A stretch of 64,000 nucleotides of DNA from Pseudomonadota bacterium (GTDB lineage: Bacteria > Pseudomonadota > Gammaproteobacteria > Burkholderiales > Sulfuriferulaceae): the NCBI GenBank assembly GCA_021790515.1, contig JAJYHV010000065.1, positions 13,981-77,980 on the forward strand, given 5' to 3'. The position numbers and the translations under genes are program-made. Position 1 is the stretch's first letter. Each line of letters starts with the position of its first letter. Below the pieces are notes generated by a model. The model saw only the letters and a list, made by a program, of their open reading frames with translations. It had not been told where the DNA came from and made no database searches. Positions 21,571 through 32,749 of the stretch are shown piece after piece.

Positions 21571-21948
21571 ATGTCCGAACAACAAGTTCCTGATCTGGTC
21601 ATCATTTTGATTACCGGTCCTGAAAACCCCAAACGCTTGCCATCAGCCTTCTTTCTGGCGGCTACTGCTGCCGCCGCAGAACAGAATGTCATCATGTATT
21701 TTACCGGCCCTGCCACTGAACTGCTGGCCAAGGGCAAAGCCGAAAGCATTTTCCCGATGGCGGGCGGCAAAAGCATCGCTGGTTTCATGAAACTGGCTGA
21801 AGACAATGGCGTCCGGATTATTGGCTGCCTGCAGTCATTGGAACTCAACGGCATGACAGTCAACGATCTGGCCAAGCCCATCCCGATGATGAATCCAAGC
21901 GCCGCATTACCCTCTTTGTCCGCCGCCGGAAAAGTGCTCACCTGGTAA
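21571..21948 (+). CDS. DsrE/DsrF-like protein
   Basis: VIMYFTG, G-x3-IGCLQS conserved cysteine; GAGAGG RBS. Confidence 0.75.
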   Translation: MSEQQVPDLVIILITGPENPKRLPSAFFLAATAAAAEQNVIMYFTGPATELLAKGKAESIFPMAGGKSIAGFMKLAEDNGVRIIGCLQSLELNGMTVNDLAKPIPMMNPSAALPSLSAAGKVLTW

Positions 21949-21957
21949 ACCTTTTTG

Positions 21958-21998
21958 ACTGGTTTCGGCTTGACGCAACAGTATCAACCGGAACCAGT
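21958..21998. other. Imperfect inverted repeat after dsrE-like gene, possible terminator
   Basis: ACTGGTTTCGG...CCGGAACCAGT. Confidence 0.35.
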
Positions 21999-22122
21999 AC
22001 CCAATCGAACACAATCCCTCCAAACGCCTTTTCGGCGCCGCGCAACATTTCTCGCGCAACCCCTTAAAATAATGTATTTTATTTGGTACAATTCCTACCT
22101 TTTCCTTGTCCGCCACGTTGCC

Positions 22123-23238
22123 ATGTCCCCGATCCCGCTCAAAACCACCGCCCTGAATTCCGTACATCGTGAACTGGGCGCCAAAATGGTCGATTTCGGT
22201 GGTTGGGACATGCCGTTGCATTACGGTTCGCAACTGGCCGAACACCTTGCCGTGCGTCAATCGGTGGGGATGTTCGATGTCAGCCACATGTGTATTGTCG
22301 ACATCACCGGCAACGATGCCAAACCCTGGCTGCGCCATCTGCTCGCCAACGATGTTGCCCGCCTTGCCACGCCAGGGCGCGCTTTATATTCATGCATGCT
22401 GAATCCGACCGGGGGCATCATCGACGACCTGATCGTATACGCCAATGCCGATGGCAGTTACCGCATGGTCATCAACGCCGGTACGACCGACAAAGACCTG
22501 GCCTGGATGCAACAACACCTCGCCCCCTATCAGGTCACGTTGCTGCCACGACGTGACCTGGCCATGATTGCCCTGCAAGGCCCTCTGGCAACAGAAAAGC
22601 TGTGGCAGGCGGTACCCGGTTTGCGGGCGCTTACTTCCGATTTAAAACCGTTTCATTCAATCCATTGGCAGGATTGGTTTGTTGCCCGCACTGGCTACAC
22701 AGGTGAAGATGGCTTTGAACTCATGCTGCCGGCCAGCGCCGCCGTGACCTTATGGCGACAACTATACGCGCTGGGTGTGCAACCGACCGGACTCGGCGCG
22801 CGCGACACCCTGCGCCTGGAAGCCGGCATGAACCTGTACGGTCAAGACATGGATGACACCACGTCACCTCTCGACAGTGGTCTGGCCTGGACCGTGGATC
22901 TGAAAGACCCATCCCGCCAATTCATCGGTCGAACAGCGCTTGAATCACACAAAACAAACTACCGTCTGGCCGGATTGCTGTTGCTCGACAAAGGCGTGCT
23001 GCGCGCCCACCAACCGGTTGACACCGCAGCAGGACAAGGCGAAATCACCAGCGGCAGCTTTTCACCCACCCTGCAACGAAGCATTGCCTTGGCGCGCTTG
23101 CCTGGCACGATTGCCGATGGCACGATCGTGCAGGTCATGGTACGAAACAAGCCCCTCGCAGCAAAAGTGGTAAGCTACCCGTTTGTACGCCACGGCCGTT
23201 CTTTGTTGCCCACTCTGCCCTCTTCCCAGGAGACTTGA
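22123..23238 (+). CDS. gcvT: Glycine cleavage T protein
   Basis: [44 protein letters not shown]. Confidence 0.97.
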   Translation: MSPIPLKTTALNSVHRELGAKMVDFGGWDMPLHYGSQLAEHLAVRQSVGMFDVSHMCIVDITGNDAKPWLRHLLANDVARLATPGRALYSCMLNPTGGIIDDLIVYANADGSYRMVINAGTTDKDLAWMQQHLAPYQVTLLPRRDLAMIALQGPLATEKLWQAVPGLRALTSDLKPFHSIHWQDWFVARTGYTGEDGFELMLPASAAVTLWRQLYALGVQPTGLGARDTLRLEAGMNLYGQDMDDTTSPLDSGLAWTVDLKDPSRQFIGRTALESHKTNYRLAGLLLLDKGVLRAHQPVDTAAGQGEITSGSFSPTLQRSIALARLPGTIADGTIVQVMVRNKPLAAKVVSYPFVRHGRSLLPTLPSSQET

Positions 23239-23239
23239 C

Positions 23240-23629
23240 ATGACCATTCCTTCCGATCTGAAATATACCGAAACCCACGAATGGATCAAAATGCATCCTG
23301 ATGGCAGCGTAAGCATCGGCATTACCGACCATGCACAAGATTTGCTCGGCGACATGGTTTTTGTGGAAAATCCCACGCCGGGGCAACACCTCGTCGCCGG
23401 CAAAGAATGTGGCGTCGTCGAATCGGTCAAGGCGGCTTCCGATATTTATGCCCCCTTGAGCGGACGCGTACTCGCCGTCAATATCGACGTGGAAACGTCG
23501 CCAGAACAAATCAATACCGATGCGTGGGGGTCCTGGCTGTTCACCCTGCAACCCGACGACCCGGCCGAAATCGATTCCCTGCTCGACGCAGAAGCCTATC
23601 GTGCCATTGCCGAAGCCGACCATCACTGA
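23240..23629 (+). CDS. gcvH: Glycine cleavage H protein
   Basis: [24 protein letters not shown] lipoyl lysine. Confidence 0.97.
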   Translation: MTIPSDLKYTETHEWIKMHPDGSVSIGITDHAQDLLGDMVFVENPTPGQHLVAGKECGVVESVKAASDIYAPLSGRVLAVNIDVETSPEQINTDAWGSWLFTLQPDDPAEIDSLLDAEAYRAIAEADHH

Positions 23630-23632
23630 ATC

Positions 23633-24985
23633 ATGCCGTTCATTCCCCATACCGAAAGCGACATCCGCGACATGCTAAGCGCCATTGGCGCAAAGCAGAT
23701 TGATGATTTGTTCGATGAAATTCCGTCTTCGCTGCACGCAAGACAAGCACCCAGCCTGCCCCCGGCGCTCAACGAAATGTCTGTCATCCGTCTGGCACAA
23801 GAGCGCGCCTCCCGGGATCCCGCCAACCTCAACTTCATTGGTGCCGGGGGGTACGATCACCACATCCCGGCCGCCATCTGGCAACTCGCCACGCGTGGCG
23901 AGTTTTACAGCGCTTATACCCCATATCAGGCCGAAGCCTCTCAGGGTAGCCTGCAAGTCATTTATGAATACCAAAGCATGATGACGGCGCTCACCGGGCT
24001 GGACGCCTCCAACGCGTCACTCTACGACGGCGCTTCCGCACTGGCCGAAGCCATTCTGATGGCCGTTCGTGCCCACAAAACCCAACGCCGCATCCTGTTG
24101 CCCCGCACTGTTTCCCCCCTCTACCGCCGGGTCATCGCCACACTGGTTGCCGCGCAAGGCATAGAACTCGTCGACCTGCCCTATGACCCTCACACCGGCA
24201 CCACCGTCCTGCCAGCCGAGACCGCCCCTTTCGCGGCGCTTGTCATCCCGCAACCGAACTTTTTTGGTCAACTGGAAGATGTCGATACCCTCACCGACTG
24301 GGCGCACCAGCAACAGGCGCATGTGATTGCGCTGGTCAACCCCACGAGTCTGGGTATCCTGAAACCGCCCGGACAATGGGGAATAGCCGGCGCCGACATC
24401 GCCACCGGAGAAGGGCAACCATTGGGTTGCCCTCTGTCCAATGGTGGCCCCTGGTTTGGCTTCATGACCTGTCGCCAGGAAATGATCCGCCAGATGCCTG
24501 GCCGGCTCGTCGGCCGCACCCTCGATACCGAAAACAACACTGGTTTTACCCTGACGTTGCAAGCGCGCGAACAGCACATCCGGCGCGCCAAAGCCACTTC
24601 CAACATCTGCAGCAATCAAGGCTTGATGGTCGTTGCCGCCGCCCTGTATTTGAGCCTCATGGGTGCCGAAGGCTTGGCTCGGGTAGCGCGCGCCTGCCAC
24701 GCCAACACGCAACAACTGGTCAGGCGCTTAACGGCCATTGCCGGCGTCAGGCGCGTCTTTCAGGGCGCCTTGTTCCACGAGGCCTTGTTGCAACTTGATC
24801 GACCGGTTCAGCCCGTGCTCGACGCCTTGTTGACTTATAATTTGGTTGGCGGCCTGGATGTGAGCGCACACTATCCCGAGCTTGGGCACACATTGCTCGT
24901 TTGCGCCACCGAAACCCGTACCGTCGATGATATTCATCATTACGCCATCAGCCTGCAAGCCGTTCTCGAAAAAGGTATGGCATGA
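23633..24985 (+). CDS. gcvPA: Glycine dehydrogenase subunit 1
   Basis: [40 protein letters not shown]. Confidence 0.95.
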   Translation: MPFIPHTESDIRDMLSAIGAKQIDDLFDEIPSSLHARQAPSLPPALNEMSVIRLAQERASRDPANLNFIGAGGYDHHIPAAIWQLATRGEFYSAYTPYQAEASQGSLQVIYEYQSMMTALTGLDASNASLYDGASALAEAILMAVRAHKTQRRILLPRTVSPLYRRVIATLVAAQGIELVDLPYDPHTGTTVLPAETAPFAALVIPQPNFFGQLEDVDTLTDWAHQQQAHVIALVNPTSLGILKPPGQWGIAGADIATGEGQPLGCPLSNGGPWFGFMTCRQEMIRQMPGRLVGRTLDTENNTGFTLTLQAREQHIRRAKATSNICSNQGLMVVAAALYLSLMGAEGLARVARACHANTQQLVRRLTAIAGVRRVFQGALFHEALLQLDRPVQPVLDALLTYNLVGGLDVSAHYPELGHTLLVCATETRTVDDIHHYAISLQAVLEKGMA

Positions 24986-26433
24986 AACTCATTTTTGAAC
25001 AAGGTGCGTCTGGCCGCAGCGCCAACGCACAACTCCCCCCGGACACGAATATCGATGACATTCCTGCCCATTATTTGCGCACCACGCCGCCAGTCTTGCC
25101 CGAGGTGTCCGAAATGGATACGGTACGACATTACACACGACTGAGCCAGCAAAACTTTTCCATCGACACCCATTTTTACCCTTTGGGGTCGTGCACCATG
25201 AAATACAATCCTCGCGCCTGTAACAGCATCGCCCTGTTACCCGGATTTCTGGCGCGCCACCCCTTTGCGCCAGCCACGACCGGACAAGGCTATTTGTCCT
25301 GCCTGTATGAATTACAGGACATTCTCGCTGAACTGACCGGCATGCATGCCGTCAGCCTCGCGCCGATGGCTGGCGCACAGGGCGAATTTGCCGGTGTTGC
25401 CATGATTCGCGCCTGGCATCTGGCGCGCGGGGATACCGCACGCACAGAAATCATCATTCCTGATGCGGCTCACGGCACCAATCCGGCTACCGCCGCCATG
25501 TGTGGTTACACGGTGCGGGAAATTCCCACCGACAAGCAAGGCAATATCGACCTTGACGAACTACGCCGTGTAACCGGCCCACAAACCGCAGGATTGATGC
25601 TCACCAACCCATCCACGCTGGGGGTGTTCGAACAACAAATCACCGAAATCGCAGCAATCATCCATCAGGCTGGCGGCCTGTTATATTATGATGGCGCCAA
25701 TCTTAATGCCATTCTGGGTCGCATCAAGCCTGGCGACATGGGGTTTGATGTCGTCCATATCAACCTGCACAAAACTTTTGCCACGCCACATGGCGGAGGA
25801 GGTCCGGGCGCCGGTCCGGTAGGCGTTTCCGCGCGCTTGCAACCCTTTTTGCCCTTGCCGGTCACAGTCAGGGAAGGTGAACATTACCGCCTGCTGGACG
25901 AAACCGACCGACCATACAGTATCGGTCGCCTGAGCGCCAATCATGGCAATGGCGGCGTGTTACTGCGCGCATGGGCATACGCCCGCATGCTGGGTGAACC
26001 CGGCATGGCGCGCGTGGCGCAATTTGCCACACTCAATGCCAATTATTTGATGGCCCGCCTCGATCAAGCCGGTTTCGACATCGCTTTTCCACAACGACGC
26101 GCCAGCCACGAGTTCATCGTCAGCCTGAAACGCCTGAAAGACGAAACCGGCGTCAGCGCCATGGATTTCGCCAAACGTCTGCTCGATTATGGCTTTCATG
26201 CCCCCACCACGTATTTTCCCATGCTGGTGCCAGAATGCCTGTTGATTGAACCGACCGAAACCGAAGCCAAAACCACGCTGGATGCTTTTGTCGCCGCCAT
26301 GATTGCCGTTGCGCAGGAAGCGCGCGAAACGCCGGAAAAGGTCAAATCAGCGCCCCACACGCTGCCCGTCCGGCGACTGGATGATGTGCGTGCTGCGCGC
26401 AAACCCGATTTGGCCTGGAAGCCTCAAATCTGA
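24982..26433 (+). CDS. gcvPB: Glycine dehydrogenase subunit 2
   Basis: [40 protein letters not shown] lysine. Confidence 0.95.
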   Translation: MKLIFEQGASGRSANAQLPPDTNIDDIPAHYLRTTPPVLPEVSEMDTVRHYTRLSQQNFSIDTHFYPLGSCTMKYNPRACNSIALLPGFLARHPFAPATTGQGYLSCLYELQDILAELTGMHAVSLAPMAGAQGEFAGVAMIRAWHLARGDTARTEIIIPDAAHGTNPATAAMCGYTVREIPTDKQGNIDLDELRRVTGPQTAGLMLTNPSTLGVFEQQITEIAAIIHQAGGLLYYDGANLNAILGRIKPGDMGFDVVHINLHKTFATPHGGGGPGAGPVGVSARLQPFLPLPVTVREGEHYRLLDETDRPYSIGRLSANHGNGGVLLRAWAYARMLGEPGMARVAQFATLNANYLMARLDQAGFDIAFPQRRASHEFIVSLKRLKDETGVSAMDFAKRLLDYGFHAPTTYFPMLVPECLLIEPTETEAKTTLDAFVAAMIAVAQEARETPEKVKSAPHTLPVRRLDDVRAARKPDLAWKPQI

Positions 26434-26563
26434 TTTGCCCTACCCGTTACGCCCCGAAAAGCGGAACAATTGTGTATACCACGGTTGGCAACACATTGCA
26501 TCGTTACAAGCAACCACGACAAACCCGGGACTTGATCCGGGTCGATGCGCAAACCGTGGTAGT

Positions 26564-28036
26564 TTACCTGGACCGATTTACAGATCGGTTTTTACGGCCC
26601 GCCATCTCATACAACACCAGACCAAAAACCAACAACAGAATCGGCGTATCGCCAAAGCGTACAAAAGGCGTCTCACCTCGGTATGCACGGGCTTCGCCAT
26701 TCAGACTGGTGCAAACAAACAGCGGCGCCACCGCCTGCAAACGCCCCCGTTGGTCAATGATGGCAGTTACTCCCGTGTTGGTCGCGCGCAACAGGTAACG
26801 CCCGGTTTCCAGTGCTCTGGTCTGCGCCATCTGCACGTGTTGCCACGGCGCGGCGGTATGACCAAACCAGGCATCGTCTGTTACATTTACCAACATCGTC
26901 GCCCGCGGCAAAGGACGACGAATTTCGTCGCCAAACACGTCTTCATAACAAATATCCACACCCAGCTGTTGCCCTGCGATCCGCAAAGGAGCCGGCTTGT
27001 CAGTGCCGCGCGAAAAATCGGCCATCGGTGCGTGAAGCACCGCCAAGGCCTGTCCAAACAAGGCTCGCATTGGCACATATTCGCCAAACGGCACCAAATG
27101 GTATTTACGGTATATTTGCGTCGGTGCTACGCCAAAACTCATCACGCTGTTGTAATAACGCCCATCCGGTTCCTGCTCTGGCATACCAATCAACAAATCT
27201 GCGCCATGTTCGCGCGCGCTATCAGCCAGCGTTTGCAAATACAACGGCGGGACATCATCATACAGCAAGGGAATCGCCGTTTCCGGCAAGATAATCAAAC
27301 GGCTTTTGCTCGCCACCACCAAACGTTCATATGTGAGCAACGTATCACTCAACGCTTCGGGACGCCATTTTATCGATTGGTCGATATTTCCTTGCAACAA
27401 ACTCACCGATAATGGTTCGGCAACAGGGTGGACCCAGTCAACTCTACCTAAACCCGCTCCGATGGCGCAGAGCAACAGCGCCGCCATCACGCCGCGCGCG
27501 TCAGGCCGCGCCAGAATTCCTGCCAGCCAGGCCAGCACAAAACTGACGCCAAACACGCCAAACACTGGGGCATAGCCCGCTAACACCGATGCCGGAATCT
27601 GGGAGTAACCGACAACAAGCCACGGAAACCCGGTCAACATCCAGCTGCGCAACCATTCCTGCATGGTCCATAACGCAGCAAGTCCGGCAGGGGATTGAAT
27701 GGAAAATCGTCGCGCCAACCACGCCGCCGACAAAGGAAACAGCGCCAAAAAAGCACTGAACACCACGATCAGCAACAGGGAGGGCAGCGTCGCGACTTCG
27801 CCATGATCGTGCAGGGCCGCGTACAGCCAGCTTACCCCAACACCAAACCAGAACAAGGCATACACAAAGGTCAGCCACAGCGCTGAAGTCGGGAAACGGC
27901 GCCAGACGAAAAACAGCAATGCCAGACCCAATATCGGCAAACCATACCAGCCATACGGAGCAAAACCGAACATGCCGCTTGCGCCCGCAGCCGCCATGAC
28001 ACCCGCAGCGACCAGCTGCTTATAAGGTGGCGGCAA
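26564..28036 (-). CDS. lnt: Apolipoprotein N-acyltransferase
   Basis: [31 protein letters not shown]. Confidence 0.95.
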   Translation of the reverse strand: MPPPYKQLVAAGVMAAAGASGMFGFAPYGWYGLPILGLALLFFVWRRFPTSALWLTFVYALFWFGVGVSWLYAALHDHGEVATLPSLLLIVVFSAFLALFPLSAAWLARRFSIQSPAGLAALWTMQEWLRSWMLTGFPWLVVGYSQIPASVLAGYAPVFGVFGVSFVLAWLAGILARPDARGVMAALLLCAIGAGLGRVDWVHPVAEPLSVSLLQGNIDQSIKWRPEALSDTLLTYERLVVASKSRLIILPETAIPLLYDDVPPLYLQTLADSAREHGADLLIGMPEQEPDGRYYNSVMSFGVAPTQIYRKYHLVPFGEYVPMRALFGQALAVLHAPMADFSRGTDKPAPLRIAGQQLGVDICYEDVFGDEIRRPLPRATMLVNVTDDAWFGHTAAPWQHVQMAQTRALETGRYLLRATNTGVTAIIDQRGRLQAVAPLFVCTSLNGEARAYRGETPFVRFGDTPILLLVFGLVLYEMAGRKNRSVNRSR

Positions 28037-29072
28037 AATCCAGCATCCGTTGGATGGAATGACGCGCGCGCAAACCGATTTCGGCGTCTATCTTGATTTC
28101 ATGATCGCCTTCACGCAACGCCTGCGCCAGATTGCGCAGGCCGTTCATCGCCATCCACGGACAATGCGCGCAACTGCGACACGTCGCACCCACGCCCGCT
28201 GTCGGCGCTTCGAACAATTGTTTGTCCGGCGCCATTTGTCGCATTTTATGAAAAATGCCATTATCAGTAGCAATGATGAATTGTGAATTCGGTAACTGCT
28301 GAACAGCTCGCAACAATTGTGTGGTCGAACCGACGACATCCGCCAACTCGATGACCGCCGCAGGTGACTCAGGATGAACCAGCACGGCTGCACCAGGATA
28401 AGCCAATTTCATCTGCACTAACGCCTGCGCCCGAAATGTCTCATGCACGACACAGGAACCAGGCCAGATCAACATGTCCGCGCCGCTGGTCTGCTGTACA
28501 TAATGCCCCAGATGCCGATCCGGCGCCCAGAGCAATTTCTTGCCCTGTGCACGCAAATGTTGCACCAGACGAACTGCAATACCTGACGTGACAACCCAAT
28601 CCGCCCGCGCCTTGACAGCGGCAGACGTATTGGAATAAACCACAACTTCGCGATCAGGATAAGCATCGCAAAAATCCGTAAACGCTTGCGCCGGACACGC
28701 CAAATCAAGTGAGCACTCGGCATCGGAACTGGGCATCAATACCCGTTTTTCCGGGTTGAGGATTTTCGCCGTTTCGCCCATGAAACGCACCCCAGCCACC
28801 ACCAAGGTCTGCGCTGAATGCTGATGACCAAAACGCGCCATTTCCAGCGAATCCGACACACAACCGCCAGTTTCTTCTGCCAGATCCTGAATGTCGCCAG
28901 CCGTATAATAATGTGCGATCAAGACAGCATTGTGTTCCCGCAGCAGCTGACGGATTTCTTGTTTCAGCCGCCCGGTTTCTTCTGTGGACAACACCTCTTC
29001 TTCGACCATCGGTGCAACAATCCCGGGTATCTGCAGGTCGTGTGCCCATCGTGTGCTCATCGTGATGCTCAT
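28020..29072 (-). CDS. nadA: Quinolinate synthase
   Basis: [14 protein letters not shown]-like [36 protein letters not shown]. Confidence 0.96.
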   Translation of the reverse strand: MSITMSTRWAHDLQIPGIVAPMVEEEVLSTEETGRLKQEIRQLLREHNAVLIAHYYTAGDIQDLAEETGGCVSDSLEMARFGHQHSAQTLVVAGVRFMGETAKILNPEKRVLMPSSDAECSLDLACPAQAFTDFCDAYPDREVVVYSNTSAAVKARADWVVTSGIAVRLVQHLRAQGKKLLWAPDRHLGHYVQQTSGADMLIWPGSCVVHETFRAQALVQMKLAYPGAAVLVHPESPAAVIELADVVGSTTQLLRAVQQLPNSQFIIATDNGIFHKMRQMAPDKQLFEAPTAGVGATCRSCAHCPWMAMNGLRNLAQALREGDHEIKIDAEIGLRARHSIQRMLDFAATL

Positions 29073-29749
29073 TACGTTCCCTGCCTGTCATGGTAAATCA
29101 CTGCCGAACCGGCCAACCGATACAACAACGCGGGTTTGTGTGCCCCGTTACGCCGTGTCTCGCCCGTTTCCTGCAATACGTTCAATGAGCGGATAAACTT
29201 GCGAAAATTGCGCTTGTCGAGCTCCTGCTCGCCAACAATTTCATATACCCGCTGCAATTCGTGGAATGTAAATGTCTCTGGTAACAACTTGAATGCCAAA
29301 GTGGAATAATTCAGCTTGGCGCGCAGGCGCGCGCGCGCCAATGCCAGAATATCCCGATGATCAAACGCCATTTCCGGCAAATGTTCCGCTTCAAACCAGT
29401 CCAACGCCGCCGCATCGGACGCGGCAACCGGCTGCAAGGCTTCCAGTGGCGCCAACGCAAGATATGCCACACTGATTACCCTGCCACGCGGATCACGTTG
29501 TGGTTCGCCAAACGTGTACAGCTGTTCCAGATACACCTGCGTCAGCCCGGTTTCTTCCTGCAATTCACGCAAAGCACCCCGTTCCAGCGTTTCGTCCGGT
29601 TCTACAAATCCGCCAGGCAACGCCCAGTAGCCGGCATAAGGGTCGCGTGCGCGCCGGATCAACAATACCGACAACCGTTCATTGCGCAAGGTAAACACCA
29701 CAATATCCGTCGTGACGGCAGGACGAGGGTAATCATAACAATGTTGCAT
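29072..29749 (-). CDS. nrtR: NrtR-family regulator (Nudix + wHTH)
   Basis: WALPGGFV...ARELQEET-type Nudix box, [10 protein letters not shown]-x-L-x-EL-x2-VYE...DKRNFRK; TAATG overlap with nadA. Confidence 0.88.
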   Translation of the reverse strand: MQHCYDYPRPAVTTDIVVFTLRNERLSVLLIRRARDPYAGYWALPGGFVEPDETLERGALRELQEETGLTQVYLEQLYTFGEPQRDPRGRVISVAYLALAPLEALQPVAASDAAALDWFEAEHLPEMAFDHRDILALARARLRAKLNYSTLAFKLLPETFTFHELQRVYEIVGEQELDKRNFRKFIRSLNVLQETGETRRNGAHKPALLYRLAGSAVIYHDRQGT

Positions 29750-29802
29750 TCTCTGGGGACCAGCCCTAAGCCATTCTAACAAACCTTGCTAACGAACCTT
29801 GA

Positions 29803-29823
29803 TAAGTGTAAAAAATACACCTT
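29803..29823. promoter_or_regulatory. NrtR-box-like palindrome
   Basis: TAAGTGTAAAAAATACACCTT (GTGTA-N5-TACAC), 54 nt upstream of nrtR. Confidence 0.6.
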
Positions 29824-29978
29824 CATGATAGACAGTCGCCGACATTCTGTCAATGTGAATCGATGTGAATCTCTTGGGCCAAATTTTCATTGCCCGGATA
29901 CCCGTAACACCATGATTTTGGTATGATGCTTTACTCGCTTTCAGCGTTACACCCGAATACCCGCACAAATCCCCGACC

Positions 29979-30926
29979 ATGTCACTACACATTTATTTCA
30001 ATCTGCTGATAGAAGTCATGCTACCCATGGCCTTGTTGGTCATGGCCGGGGCCTGGTGGCGACGATCCTTGGGGGAATCTGGCGTACGTGCCGTGCGCAG
30101 TTATATCAGCACCATCACCATCCATCTTTTTGCCCCGGCGCTGATGTTTGCGGCAGCGGCAAGTGCGCCCATCAACCGTGAACTCTTATCCGTGCCTATG
30201 TTGATGGCTAGCGGTATCCTGATCGCTTTTTTCCTGCTGTATGTGCTGCTGCACCACACTCCGATTGGTCACGGACTGGCGGCCCCCACTCGCGCTGCGT
30301 TGATGTTATGCGGCATATTCGGCAATGTATTGTTCATGGGGTATCCTCTGCTGCATTTTCTGTATGGAGAACGCGGCGCACAATATGCTGTCTTTGCAGA
30401 CATGGCTGCTTCCACCCCTTTGCTCTGGAGCTTGGGAGTGGCTGTCGCTACCCGTATCGGTCAATGTGAACGAGAACCCGGTCATCCAGTCATCAACTGG
30501 CTGAAATTGCCCCCCATCTGGGCATTTTTGTCCGGACTGGCATTCAATTTTTCGCATCTGAACATTACTCCTTTGTTACACGCCGCGAGATTTATCGGCC
30601 AACCAACGATACCAGTGATGCTGCTCATGCTGGGCATTTCAGTACCCTGGCACAAATTAACCCCCAACCGACCGATTCTTGTTATCATCACTTTCAAGTT
30701 ATTGCTCCTGCCGCTGCTGATCACGGGCATTGTGCTCGCCGTTTGGGGAAAGCCCCACTCCGCGCAAGTCGCGGCCATCATTGAAAGCGGGGTACCAACC
30801 ATGCTGATGGCGCTAGGATTGGCTGACCGGTACAAACTGGACGTGGAAACCACCGCGCTGACCATCGCGTGGACCACTATCCTGATGATTTTCACTCTGC
30901 CACTTTGGCTACTGACCTTGTTATGA
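29979..30926 (+). CDS. AEC (auxin efflux carrier)-family membrane transporter
   Basis: About 10 TM helices; GNVLFMGYP, PPIWAFLSG, PVMLLMLG; start uncertain. Confidence 0.8.
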   Translation: MSLHIYFNLLIEVMLPMALLVMAGAWWRRSLGESGVRAVRSYISTITIHLFAPALMFAAAASAPINRELLSVPMLMASGILIAFFLLYVLLHHTPIGHGLAAPTRAALMLCGIFGNVLFMGYPLLHFLYGERGAQYAVFADMAASTPLLWSLGVAVATRIGQCEREPGHPVINWLKLPPIWAFLSGLAFNFSHLNITPLLHAARFIGQPTIPVMLLMLGISVPWHKLTPNRPILVIITFKLLLLPLLITGIVLAVWGKPHSAQVAAIIESGVPTMLMALGLADRYKLDVETTALTIAWTTILMIFTLPLWLLTLL

Positions 30927-30935
30927 GAAGACCCC

Positions 30936-31364
30936 ATGGCCATTATTTTACCTCCACATTTGCAACCCTCTGCCGCCCCCTTGCACAAGACTGTGTGGCT
31001 GAAAACGCGCGCGGGCGTACAACTCAGCATGCCCTTTACGTTACAGGATGAGCAGGGCAGAGACAGCGCCGCCGAATATCTGCAACATGTCTACGAGACT
31101 CTGCGCGAAAAGCTGGCCGAACCCGTGCTCAGCACGCCAAAATCCGACTTTGGTCCTACACTGGACGTGCTAAAACAACAGATTTTGTTTATTGCCAGCT
31201 TTCATGACAACATGTTCGGTACATTCAACCCGCAAAGCGCGTTACCCGAACAGGAACGCGCCGATTTCATTGAATTGTTTTTGCTGGCAGTAGCCAGCGT
31301 CCTTCCCGGCAACGAAATTCATGTTGATCTGGCGCGAGGACAAGTCACCAGCAACGGGAATTAA
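30936..31364 (+). CDS. Hypothetical protein
   Basis: 142-aa ORF tightly spaced between the AEC transporter and mpl. Confidence 0.7.
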   Translation: MAIILPPHLQPSAAPLHKTVWLKTRAGVQLSMPFTLQDEQGRDSAAEYLQHVYETLREKLAEPVLSTPKSDFGPTLDVLKQQILFIASFHDNMFGTFNPQSALPEQERADFIELFLLAVASVLPGNEIHVDLARGQVTSNGN

Positions 31365-31378
31365 CACGGAAACGGCAC

Positions 31379-32725
31379 ATGCACCTTCACATTCTGGGTA
31401 TTTGCGGCACATTCATGGGCGGAGTGGCGGCACTGGCCCGAGCTCAAGGCCATACTGTCACGGGTTGTGACAGTCAGGTTTACCCTCCCATGTCTGATCA
31501 ATTGCGCCTGCTGGGCATCGAGCTTATCGAAGGTTATCACAGCGACCAGGCACAAATTGGTGCAGATGTGTTCGTCATCGGCAATGTCGTACGCCGGGGA
31601 AATCCGCTCATGGAAACCATCCTGAATCGCGGGTTACCCTATATTTCCGGCCCGCAATGGCTGGCAGAAAATCTCCTGCACGACAAGTGGGTGCTTGCTG
31701 TCGCAGGAACCCATGGCAAAACAACCACCACCAGCATGCTGGCGTGGATTCTGGATTCGGCAGGACTCAATCCCGGTTTCCTGATTGGCGGTATTCCGGC
31801 CAATTTTTCCTTGTCGGCACGGTTCAGCGACAGCCCGTTTTTTGTGATTGAAGCCGATGAATATGACACGGCGTTTTTTGACAAACGGTCAAAATTTGTT
31901 CATTACCATCCAAGAACCCTGATTCTGAACAATCTGGAATTTGATCACGCCGATATTTTTGCTGACCTTGCTGCCATCGAAACCCAGTTTCATCATCTGG
32001 TTCGCACGGTGCCCGGTGAAGGCCTGATTTTGGCGCATCAGGAAGCCAGCATCGCTCGTGTACTGGCACGCGGAGTATGGACGCCGGTAGAAATGCTCGA
32101 CGCACCAGACGCATGGCACACCGTTGGCGTTGACGATCACTTTGCCGTCCAGCAGCAACAAACCCTGTTCGGAGAAGTCCACTGGTCGTTAATGGGTGCG
32201 CACAACCGCGCCAATGCGCTGGCAGCCATTGCCGCTGCCCGGCACGCGGGGGTGCCGCCTGGCCTGGCCATACAAGCCTTGCAACAGTTCACCGGCGTAA
32301 AGCGGCGCATGGAAATCCGTGGCAAAGCTGACGGCATCACGGTATATGACGATTTTGCCCACCATCCAACCGCCATTGCGAGCACATTGGCCGGGTTGCG
32401 TCGCAAAACAGGCGATGCGCGCATTCTTGCGGTACTCGAACCCCGCTCCAACACCATGAAACTCGGTGCCATCAAGGACGCTTTGCCTGCCAGCCTTGCG
32501 TTGGCCGACGAGGTTTACTGTCTGGCGGAAGGCATTGACTGGAATGTTCGTGACACCATGGCTCCGCTTGGCACACGATGTCATGTCTGCGATACGCTGA
32601 CAGAATTATTGCAAACATTATTGCAACAGGCTAAAAATGGTGACCACGTTCTCATCATGAGCAACGGCAGCTTTGGTGATCTGCACGCCAAATTATTGCA
32701 AGGGTTGGCGCAGCGCGACTCGTAG
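31379..32725 (+). CDS. mpl: Murein tripeptide ligase
   Basis: MHLHILGICGTFMGG, AGTHGKTTT, EADEYDTAFFDKRSKF, DDFAHHPTAI, EPRSNTM. Confidence 0.96.
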   Translation: MHLHILGICGTFMGGVAALARAQGHTVTGCDSQVYPPMSDQLRLLGIELIEGYHSDQAQIGADVFVIGNVVRRGNPLMETILNRGLPYISGPQWLAENLLHDKWVLAVAGTHGKTTTTSMLAWILDSAGLNPGFLIGGIPANFSLSARFSDSPFFVIEADEYDTAFFDKRSKFVHYHPRTLILNNLEFDHADIFADLAAIETQFHHLVRTVPGEGLILAHQEASIARVLARGVWTPVEMLDAPDAWHTVGVDDHFAVQQQQTLFGEVHWSLMGAHNRANALAAIAAARHAGVPPGLAIQALQQFTGVKRRMEIRGKADGITVYDDFAHHPTAIASTLAGLRRKTGDARILAVLEPRSNTMKLGAIKDALPASLALADEVYCLAEGIDWNVRDTMAPLGTRCHVCDTLTELLQTLLQQAKNGDHVLIMSNGSFGDLHAKLLQGLAQRDS

Positions 32726-32731
32726 AGGCGC

Positions 32732-32749
32732 TAATCAGCACTTCCTTAA
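32732..32749. mobile_element. Solo TIR plus TTAA remnant of the MITE family
   Basis: Minus strand TTAA-GGAAGTGCTGATTA, 13/14 identical to the TIR. Confidence 0.6.

Noticed and set aside
21949-22122. Glycine riboswitch upstream of gcvT
   Set aside because: The conserved GGAGA/GAAGG aptamer elements are not present.
26477-26561. SRP (4.5S) RNA or tRNA
   Set aside because: No SRP helix-8 (CAGG...GNAA...AGCA) motif or cloverleaf/T-loop on either strand.
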